Source: Adineta vaga (taxonomy: Eukaryota; Animalia; Rotifera). Taken from it: DNA of 64,000 nt. Position 1 is the stretch's first letter. Each line of letters begins with the position of its first letter. Of this stretch, positions 53,921 to 64,000 are shown piece by piece. The notes under the pieces were generated by a model. That model saw only the letters and a program-made list of their open reading frames with translations, ran no database searches and was not told where the DNA came from. The position numbers and the translations under genes were made by a program. The DNA lies in the NCBI GenBank assembly GCA_021613535.1, contig CP075497.1:3286001-3350000 (forward strand), in the 5' to 3' direction.

Positions 53921-54206
53921 TGTGCAAGACGATATAAAGTTTCAGATTAATTATAAGGATAAATTTCAATCAATTCATTACTAACTAAAACAATTTTATT
54001 GTTTGTCTGTCGAGTCGAACTAACTAACGAATGATTTTACACTTAGTCATTGATAAAATAATAACTGACAATTCTGATAAAAAGCATATAGATGTCGTTC
54101 ATTTACATACAATGATCATTAGAATAGAAAGAATGAAAAACTGATTAAATTCTAGTATGAATAACAATTGAAAATGTGAGCGGGTAAAATTATAAATATT
54201 TTTATT

Positions 54207-54467
54207 ATGAGAAAATCAGAATATGATATGCAAGCTTATGTGAATCAATGTTTGAATCAACAACATGGTTTAGATAGTCCAGAAGGATCTGCTGCGTTGG
54301 TACAAGCAAATAAACCTGAAGTTGATGGAACTGATCTTCAGAAAGAACAATTTCTTGCAAAATATGAAGATAAACAATCTGTAATAGCCGAAAATCAAAA
54401 GAAGTTGCCCTTTCATCCAAAAAGTACAGTGCCAAATATCAAAACATTAAATCCAAAAAAGACATAG
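54207..54467 (+). CDS. Uncharacterised 86-aa hydrophilic protein, divergent from RIC3
   Basis: ATG ORF with coding-like composition; no recognised motif. Confidence 0.45.
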   Translation: MRKSEYDMQAYVNQCLNQQHGLDSPEGSAALVQANKPEVDGTDLQKEQFLAKYEDKQSVIAENQKKLPFHPKSTVPNIKTLNPKKT

Positions 54468-55583
54468 TATTCTTCACTTCATAATTATAATAACCATATA
54501 AACTTTACATCTATACCTTATTTCAAAAAAACATCATAGGTATCATTTTTTTTCGTCGTTTTATTTCACTTCTGCCTGTTTTCTATGGCGTAAAAAAATT
54601 AAATAGGTCGCAGAGAGTAAAAGACACGGAACTCTATCACGCATATATGGATGTTTCATGAGCAAAAAAAAGAGATGCATAAATCAACAATTAGATATTT
54701 TTAAAAAGATTACAGTCCTGGAGGATAACAAATTCCTGGTAAGTAAGAGAAAGTCATTCTTTCTTTCTATATACGTATTCTATTTATAGTTGGGATGAAA
54801 GAAGCATTAGTATTAATTATTGACACTATCTTTCAGATGACTAAGCAAGATAATAATCTTTCATATTTTCGAATGATCAATCTCCTGTATCTAAAAAAAA
54901 GAATAAGGACTAAAACTCATTAAAAAACAAGTCAAGGTTTAATCCGAATTGTTCTACACCATTACTATCGCTTGTTATGAATGTGTTAAAACCAAAACGT
55001 CTATGAGTCTTATTAAAGACGGAAGTTTTTCATCAAGTTTATTGATCAAAAAAATATTTGCTTTCACTCAATCTCATTAAGTAATAAACAGAATGTCGTG
55101 CATCTATTCTTTTACCATTTTGATTTGATCACAAAACCAGATTGTTGATAGAAAACTATTGAAAATATTACAACATGGTCTTTGTTTCAGCTTTTCATGT
55201 GTCAGAACAAAAGACAATTCTCTATTCATTGATAAGAATAAAAGAATGATCAGTTCATACATTTCCTTCTCACGCCTGGTTTTAATTTAATAAAAGAAAG
55301 AGAAAAAAAAGGGATTCTTTCATTTCATTTCATATAACAATCCTAATTATATACCGGAAGAAATAGAGTTGTTGCTTCTTCTTTTCTTTCATTTCCATCA
55401 TCATCTTCCATAATATTCAGTTTGACATTTCGATATTTAATAGATTCTGACAAGTAATCAAGAGAACTAAAATATGCTTTTTTTTCTTGTTACATTTACA
55501 GAATGTGTTTTGTTTTTTTATTCTAACTAAATCAAATTTGCACGAATAAAATGTTCAAATATTTAAAAGAAAAAAAGAAACGT

Positions 55584-55962
55584 TCATCGTTCTTGTTCAG
55601 AATCCGATGATGATGAAGATGATTTCCAATCTTTTGAATCATCCACTAGAGAGAAACAAAAATGAATGTAACTGAAAAAAAGGAACTTTCGGCATACTTG
55701 AAATAGCTTGATCGTTAACACCTTTTTTAATACCATAATGTTTAAGCGAATGTTTACCTTTGAGAACTTTGTCACGGAAAATTAAACGACAACCTTGGTC
55801 ATATCGAGGTTTTAATCGTGCTCGTAATTCAGTTTTTAAATCGTGTACATGAGTTTTTTCATTCATTACGAATGTCATCGATTGACCATCGGATTTTCGA
55901 ACGACAGTTACACTGACTTGATCAGTTGGAGTAGATATAATGGGATCTTTTGAATGTGACAT
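55584..55962 (-). CDS. Small ubiquitin-like domain protein without C-terminal di-Gly; 2 exons
   Basis: VSVTVVRKSDGQSMTFVM..VHDLKTEL..RLIFRDKVLK..SLKHYGI fits a beta-grasp pattern; splices to DDSKDWKSSSSSSDSEQER*. Confidence 0.72.
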
Positions 55963-57036
55963 TTGTTTTGCTTTATGTTCGTTAGATGCTGATCGATCCA
56001 AGAAAAAGTTTATAAAGTAAATAACTACGTAAATATGAGAGAAAAAAGAAATGGACGAAAGGGAGAGAAAGATAAAAAAAAGGAACTGCTATATTTTTTC
56101 TTTTTCTCTGCTTCTAAGGAAATCCAGGCAGAAGAAAAAAAGAAAGAATCAATGGAAAGAGGAAATAGAATAATGGTGAAGTTTTGGGCGATTATGGAAT
56201 ATTGATAGGGACAAGGTTACAAAGAGAGGGGGCAACATACAGAAAGAGAAGAATTATAGTTGACTATCTGCTATATGTAGTAATGCTTTTCTTCCAGCCC
56301 AAAATAACATGATTAGATCACATTTTGTATCTCTTAATAGTTATCTCAAGGAAAAAAGCTTCGTGCTATTTAGTGGATCGATCAACGAGAAAACAATATA
56401 ATTGAAATAACGATGCATTAAGCTAGTTCATTAACATCGATTAATATCATTTCATGGTATTCTAAAAAAATTTACTTTCAATTTCCATGTCATCATTATC
56501 GTTGTTATATGGTTACAATGCATAGAATGTTTGATATTACTCTGTAGAAAATGGAAATAATTGATTTGTAATGTCTTGGATAAAAGAGAAATGTGAAGAA
56601 ATAAAATAGACTCTCCATTTGATTCGTAATCGTACTTATTTATTATTAAAGATGTTGTGAATTACGACGTTTGCTTTTCAGATATTGAAAAAACAAGATT
56701 TATCATGCTATTCTCTCATTATTATAACTTAATTATATAAAATAATTCTTATTTCTTTGAAAACTGCATTAACAGAGATAAAAACTCGGGTTTTTATATC
56801 CCATTGAAAGAAGAATATATTAGTAATACTATTAAATCGATATAATTTTATCTCTTTTTTTCTTTTATCTTGTTGATATAGTACCGGATATAAGTACTTC
56901 ATATATATAATCGAGTGCAACGTGGAAAATATATTAAATTGAAAACACACATTTATCTCCCGAGAAATTCTATTTCTGTCTTTTTTTATTTAATAATCAT
57001 TACAATATAACACATAAATTCGGAAATAAAAGTATA

Positions 57037-57219
57037 TTAATAGCTGGCTCGACTGTAGCCATAAAGTGGAGCTTGTACTCTTAAAGGTACATATTCACCA
57101 ACTCTATTGTACATGGTTGGATAATGATTGGCTACACTGCCAAGAATTCGATCGAATTTGCCATCTTCATATGCTCCATATAATGCATAACCAACACGAA
57201 CATAAGTAAAAAGACCCAT
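57037..57219 (-). CDS. Uncharacterised 60-aa Tyr/Gly-rich microprotein
   Basis: MGLFTYVRVGYALYGAYEDGKFDRILG...; preceded by a likely 5'UTR intron (GTAAG donor near 57289) and a TATA-like tract. Confidence 0.5.
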   Translation of the reverse strand: MGLFTYVRVGYALYGAYEDGKFDRILGSVANHYPTMYNRVGEYVPLRVQAPLYGYSRASY

Positions 57220-57428
57220 TGAAGAATGTAGATCAACTGTAAACAAGAAGAGTTATGAAATCTATAGAAGAGAAATTTCGTTTTCTTACCTAATAAACAA
57301 ATGAAATCTAGCTTGAATGAAAATTACTGTTCGCTGTATATACATATATATGTCTACCTTCATTAATTAAGTTTATTAAGTAATTTGTATGTTAGTCACA
57401 CGAAGACCATTCTAATGATGCTTTTCAA

Positions 57429-57705
57429 TGACGTATATCAAATACTTGACGTCACACCTACGATTCTCGAAAAAACCTCTTTCATAAGACTCACTAATGC
57501 ATATTGTTTCTTAGTGCGACATTAATTGACGTAAACATATGCATACTATTTTTGACAACCGTGACCTTCAAAAACATCATGCTTATTTATTTTCAGTTAC
57601 CTGTGCAAACCATGTACTGATCAAAAACAAATGATAAGAAATAGAGATCTCATAGGTGGAAAATTCAACTGTAGCAGGTTTTTGTCAGGACTCTTGTTTA
57701 CGTCA
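57429..57705. promoter_or_regulatory. Cluster of CRE/ATF-type bZIP sites
   Basis: TGACGTA 57429, TGACGTCA 57447, TGACGTAA 57527, TTACGTCA 57698. Confidence 0.55.
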
Positions 57706-57850
57706 GCAAAGAAAAGGTTCTTTCCGAGTACATGTACACTACTGTGATGGTATCTGTTCAATTCTTCACTACAAAATCTATTCATTTAATTTGCAGACAT
57801 ATCACAATACAGATATAAGATAAATATAGATGATATAGACGAAGTCTTTC

Positions 57851-59458
57851 TTAAAGTCCTGGAAATTGGTTATTACGAAATGCTTCAAAAAATAATCGAT
57901 GATCACGTCTAACTTGTTCGCCATAAATCTAAAATACTGATATGTTTTGAACGGTCGAATAAAACAATAATATTCTTACCATGCCAAATTCAACCATATC
58001 TTGAATAAATTCATCATCTTCTCCATGTATTGCTTCACGAATAGTATGTTCAGTTTCTCTTGGTATAACTGAAAATGGTAAATGACTCACATCTTTCGGT
58101 GTATTCACACAATCTGAATCGGCAACGCAATGAATTTTAGCTACAAAATATCTTTTGAAATATAATCCACGAACAAACAAATCAATCCTACCTGTCGCTT
58201 TTCCTAAAAATTGAACGACTTCAATTAAATCTTTAAAATCTGTTATATCCGACCAATCAAGATCTTCTGAATGTGCTTCAACGGCATCGACTAAACATGG
58301 AATTGAACCTAATGTTGTATAACCTAACCATTTCGGTGTTGATGCTTGCATTGCATATGAACATAAAACTGTTCGTAAACCATCATGCTTAAAATATTCA
58401 TCTAAAATTGGATGTTGAACAACATAAGATATCGCTGATTTTTGTGCCGGTTTCATATAAAGTACCACATCATTTTCTAATGTTTCTGATCGACCTTCAA
58501 CTAAAAATGAATAAGAAACTTTGCCAGCTGAACCAATACCGGGTGATGTACGTGATACAATATCTTTGATTTTGTATGTTAATTGTCCATTTGATAAACC
58601 TTTTTCTGCTTGTTTTTTATTTTCCGGTATTGTTTCTACATACTTCTGAAATGCTCGCATAAGACTATCACGTAAATTATCATCAACATCTTGAGTATAT
58701 TTCGAACGAATAAATCTTCGATCATAATTTTCAATACATGTCATTGAATCTAAATGTGCAACATGTGATTTAATTCGTGCTTCATTTAATAATTTCTTAA
58801 TTTTTCCCGATGTATTTCTTAATGTTAATGCAAAATGATCTTTATCATGTTTACAAAAATAATAAACTTGTTTTAAATATTCTTCAACGAAAACAATAAG
58901 AACATGTTCGATTTCACGATCAGAAAATCCTTTCGAATAGCAAATCAAATTTATTGAAGCTATTAAACGTTTAACATCCCATGTAAATGGACCAACATAA
59001 CCTTCATCAAAATCATTAACATCGAAATTTAAAATACCATTACTATCTAAATAAGTACCGAAATTTTCGGCATGTAAATCTCCCTAAAACAAATGACAAA
59101 TTTAAAAGCTTTGAGGAGAAGGAGATAATAAATATACATGAATGAAAACTTGTCCAGCAGCATTATTTCGAGCAATGTATGGATCTTGATCGATTTTAAG
59201 ATCTTGATAGAATAATACAGCTGATCCACGATAGAAATTAAATGATGATGCAGCCATTTTACGAAAACGACCACGAAATGCTGCGGGATTTTCTCGAATA
59301 CCTGCACCAAAGAATTGGGAAAATGTATCGAGAATAAATTTTGTTCGTTGTTCATTTGTTTGTGCTCGAATACGGTTGATTGCCTTTTGTGACGCAAAAA
59401 CATCATAGGATAAACGATTGGTTTGATAACGATTTGAATTTGGAATTATTCGAGACAT
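57851..59458 (-). CDS. DUF2252-family protein (kinase/APH-like fold), bacterial type; introns 59137-59084, 58191-58141, 57979-57929
   Basis: RFRKMAASSFNFYRGSAVLFYQDL, IH|GDLHAENFG, FDVNDFDEGYVGPFTWDVKRL, GIGSAG, YMKPAQ, DHRLFFEAFRNNQFPGL. Confidence 0.88.
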
Positions 59459-60309
59459 AATTTATTAAAAAGTAATTTCTTCTTTTCCTCTATATATGAT
59501 CGAGAGTAATTCAATATAAATATGCCAACTGCACATAGACTCTCTCTCTCTCTCTCGGTCTTTTTCTTTCTTCTTTAGTATTTGATCAGTTAATGTTAGG
59601 TATTCTTCATCTATGGTATATTTTCTTTTTTTTGTGCGATGTCAAATAGAAAAACGAGATCTGACATGAGTGAATATTGAGGTGTTTTCTTTCAAGAACG
59701 TTTAGAGAATAGAAAAATCTCTCGTGTGCTTAGCAACAACTTTGCTTTCTCTGTGTAATAACAAAAGAAAATTGGTATTGATTGGAATTTGAATAACGAC
59801 AAACAATTGCGTTGATGTGGAATAAAATATGGACTAAATTAAAATTCAATAAGTATTTTAAATGAATAAAATATTTATGTAATAGAACTATCGAGTAGGA
59901 ATATCGCACGACGAATTATTTAACATAAAATTTTCATGTTTGCAAAGCGGTTTTTGTTAATAATCTTCTATTAATTGTATGAAATAAAATCTGTCATTAT
60001 TTGCTTTTATATTTTTTTTTCTTCTAGACCACTGATGAAATAACATTTTCTTACATGTAAATGATACTTCTTTTACATTTTCTTACGAACGATACAACTG
60101 AAGATAAATCTGTCTGACTTTTTTTGATCCTATTTTCAATCCTTAATACTTTTTAAAAAGCACGTTCTCCCGTTTTTAATCATATGCAATAACATTTCTT
60201 TTTTTTATCTTCTGTCAAAATGAATTTGAAAATATCCAGAATATGACAAAGAAAACTACTAATAATATCATTTAGAATGAGAATACACACAAAAATAAAT
60301 AAATTCTAT

Positions 60310-63300
60310 CTAATCAAGTAAACAAACTTCATATAAATTTACACCTTTTTTCAATAAATAACCATGATCATTTAGTTTAGTTAATAATTCATCGAATTTA
60401 TCCATATTGATTTTTATTTCCTACATAGATTGCAAAAAAAACAATAGTTGATCAAATTTATTCTCAAATGAAGATTTACTGTTGCTAATTGTTTCAAATC
60501 AGCTTTAGAAAACATCGGACTTTTCTTCTTTTCACTCACACATCGAATAGCGTTCATCATTTTTTTGACCTAAATTTCCAAATGATCCTTCATTGAGAAA
60601 CAAAAGACAAATACAAACTTCAGATGCTCGACTCATCCCAGAACCATGTTGTAATCGTGAAAAATCTAATTGTCCATTTTCATCAGTATATGTATCGATC
60701 ATACTAGCTCGCATTATTTGAACAACTTCTAGTGCATCTGATTTCGTACATTCTTCACGTAATTCAAGTTTTGCACGAGCCTAAAATGATTTTATGTAGG
60801 AAAAAAAGAATTTATGATCTTTTCTTTTTTTTACTTCGGTAAGTCGCATTAATGATTCAAGTTGTCGTAAGGTGATTGGAGTTGTACCATCTCGTTGATG
60901 AGCAACACGTAATTCGAAATAAAATTTTTTCAAAATTTCAATTGCTTCACGAGTTAAACGTGGTTTAACATATCGACGTGCATAAGCAATGTACTAGAAG
61001 ATGAAGTCAAAAGGTGGTTGGTTCTTGTTTGGAGAAATGAAATTCTTTACTTTTTGTAGAAGATTTGGACCAATGGGTTCAATTGATTCACCAAGTTTTA
61101 AACGTAAATAATCAAGTAATGAACCACCATTAGTTTGTTGAGGATTTAATGTTGTTGTTGTTGTTGTTTCATGTTGTGTTCGAGTTGAATTAACAGTTGT
61201 ATTGTTATGTGATGAACGAATCGAACGATTATGTTGTGCAAGTACATGTTCTGATAGACGATAATCAAGTTCATCATCAGCACGATCAATAAGAATAAAA
61301 ACAAGATCAAATCGACTTAAAATTGGTCCTTTTAATCTTCAATATAGATTAATAAAAACAAAACTAATCTTTTGAGATTAGAGAAAAAGTCAATTTTACT
61401 TTAAATTTTCTGCTACAGTTTTGCCTTTATTATAATGTCCACCGACAGGATTTGCCGCAGCAATAACACATGTTCGTGCTGGTATACTTGCCATGATTCC
61501 ACCTTTAGCAATCGATACACATTGTTGTTCCATTGCTTCAAGTAGAACTTGTTGTTGTGTTGCCATTTTATCAAATTCATCAATACAACAACAACCTTGA
61601 TGAGCCATGACAAGTGCACCAGCGTCTAACATCATTTCTCCATCTTTATCTTTATGTAAAGTCACAGTTAGGCCCGATTGTGTTGAACTTGTTCCACAGA
61701 CATAAACGCCTTTTGATAATTTTTCAAAAAAAAACCAAACTTTATATTCTAAGGAGAAAAATACAATTTTACCTCGTGGTGCAACACTAACACAAGCATG
61801 AAGCAATTGACTTTTGCCAAGACCTGGATCACCAACAATTAAGATATGTGGATCAGAACGAATAGGAATATGAGACTGAATAAAATATGAGAAAGAAAGA
61901 GAACATCCAAGATTATGATAAACTTACAACACTATCTTCTCCTCGAACTAATCCACCAAATAAAGCCATTAAAAGTGCAGCTTTAACAAGTTCATGTCCA
62001 TAAATACTTGGACAAAGTGAATGAACTAAAAGTCTATGATTAACATTAAAACAAAGCAATTCATTTGAAATGACGAAACAATAATCTTCTTTACTTTAAA
62101 ACATTCTTTTGTTGTTGAATCTGTTGAATACCATACAAATCAAATAAAGAAAAATCCATTGTATTCATTAAACTATTTCCACCCACAGAACCTTCAGATG
62201 TATTTAATCGTTGATTAACAACTGAATTAACATCGATATATACTTGTAATAATGATTGATCAGATATTTTACGTATACCACCTGAAGAAAACTATTTTCA
62301 ATTATGAATCATTAGTGTGTCTTACATACTATTTTCATCCACCATTAATTTAACAATACCAGAAACAACAACTACATCACCAGGAATAGCACTATTTACC
62401 AGATCATTGGTTAATTCACATTCAATGGTTTGCGGAATTCGACCAGGTGCTTTTGATGCTTCGGAAGCAACTTCTTGTAATCTAAATAAGAATCGTTTCT
62501 TGGGAATTTCATTTCGATCAAATAAGAAAAGTTCAACCGAATTGTTTGCCAATCGATAATAGTTGTTAATGGATGTGATCGTTGTTGAACAAATAATCGA
62601 CTTGTACAACCCGGTGTCGGACAACGTTCTGGTTCTGTATGTTTTCCATTTTCACAAGTAACACCAAATGTATGTCGACATGTTGAACATTCATATGCAA
62701 GTCGAATAACCAAACATTGAGAATTACTTACACGTACAACAACACCTCGAATAGAAACAAATTTACCTATAAATGTTTCATAGAAACGACTTTATTGAAA
62801 AAAATTCAAACGAACCGTAAGCTTGAGCTTTGACATCTTTTAATCGAATGATTGGTGTAAAATTAATTAAACGAGCATGAATAACTGGAAGATCGATAAG
62901 TGGTACTGTTGGATGATGACATTCACTAGCTGCTAATCGATCTTTTTCTTCTTGTTCTTCAATAATACACTACATAGAAACATTTTGATCGATTAAGCAA
63001 ACAAAAAAAACTTTAATACTTGATGCATAGCTAAACCAATAACTCGCATGGTTGTTTCATTTTGATCGGAAAAAAATAAAGTCCAAGTTTGTCTTTTATC
63101 TTTAAAAGCTAGCAATGAAATACAACAAATCGATATCATTGTTCCTAAATCCTTTTCCTTTTACCACTATCTTCAAGAATTTCATGATAATTAATTGTAA
63201 AGGATTGTTTTTGTTCAATAGCTGACTAGAAGAGAGGGAAGATTTTTCTTTCGAAATCAAAACAAAATGATCAGATTCAACTTTACATAATCATATAAAT

Positions 63301-63765
63301 CTTTTGTTCGTTTAAAATAACTTTCAAATAATTGACAAACGGATAAATAACTAAGATCAGATTCTTTATCTAAGAAAAATGAAGTCATTCATATTTGATC
63401 TAATTCAATGGATAATCAATACCTGTATCAGGAAAATAAAGAGACCAACCTCGATATCGTTCTGGTTCTTCAGTAATATTGATATAAGTTGCTAAATCAA
63501 TGGAAAAAAAAGAAATTCAGAGTTTAATTTTACTTGATGAAAGCATACTGATCGGTGTTTGAATCACTTTTATTGGACTCGATGGAACAGCAGCATGTGA
63601 ATGATTTCGATTGGAATTATCATTATCAGTTTTCGATGAATTATCATTATCAACTTTTTTCTTTTTCCAATGTCGATTTTTAAATTTATTATATGGATTA
63701 TATCCTTTCTTTTTCTGTCCATTTTGCTGTCCTTGTTGTGGCTTTTTTTGTCCCGGAGGAGCCAT
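60310..63765 (-). CDS. MCM8: DNA helicase MCM8; many exons
   Basis: Zn finger [114 protein letters not shown]. Confidence 0.92.
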
Positions 63766-64000
63766 CACAAGTGTGGACAATAAAATTTTTGATCTAAAAA
63801 TAATTCAATCTCGATGATATATCACACGTATATATATAGAGAGAGAGAGAAAGAAAACAACTGATATGAAAATAGACTAGCATCGTCGAACACGTGACCA
63901 ACATATATCTAACGAACAAATTATTTCGAGGTTTTAGCGCTAATTATCTATTCATCATAATATAAAATTTTTCTTTTTCGAATGAATTTCTTCCATGAGA

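Noticed and set aside
1-64000. Prokaryotic origin or contamination suggested by the GlpQ, SGNH and DUF2252 genes
   Set aside because: Most of these genes carry spliceosomal introns and all are contiguous with Hox, Pax, ALG11 and MCM8 in DNA of similar composition

Overview
This window is AT-rich eukaryotic (animal) DNA with many short GT-AG introns of about 50-70 nt, so the ORF track splits most genes. I assembled the gene models below by hand from splice sites and reading frame. The organism is most likely a bdelloid rotifer (inference from a MedPost-like Hox gene, intron-bearing genes of bacterial type and the compact layout). Gene order: two GlpQ-like glycerophosphodiesterases with a chimeric relic between them; two secreted SEST-like SGNH hydrolases (one frameshifted); a 5-exon tail-anchored protein whose stop codon overlaps that of TP53RK/Bud32; a Kekkon-like LRR-Ig receptor; ALG11; a lone MedPost-like Hox gene; a ~2450-aa NO VEIN/sacsin-like GHKL ATPase-nuclease; Pax1/9; KIF12; tRNA-Pro(AGG); a RUN-domain protein; a PTTG1IP-like microprotein; a minimal RGS-DIX Axin; a tightly packed co-oriented RIC3-USP5-EMC6-WDR89 run; a ubiquitin-like protein; a microprotein with a CRE-rich promoter; a bacterial-type DUF2252 gene; and MCM8. 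The strongest leads are a candidate trans-spliced operon linking two acetylcholine-receptor biogenesis factors, a putatively foreign secreted phospholipid-digestion cluster, the giant ATPase-nuclease with unusual extra domains, and the minimal Axin. No database search was run; family calls rest on recognised motifs.
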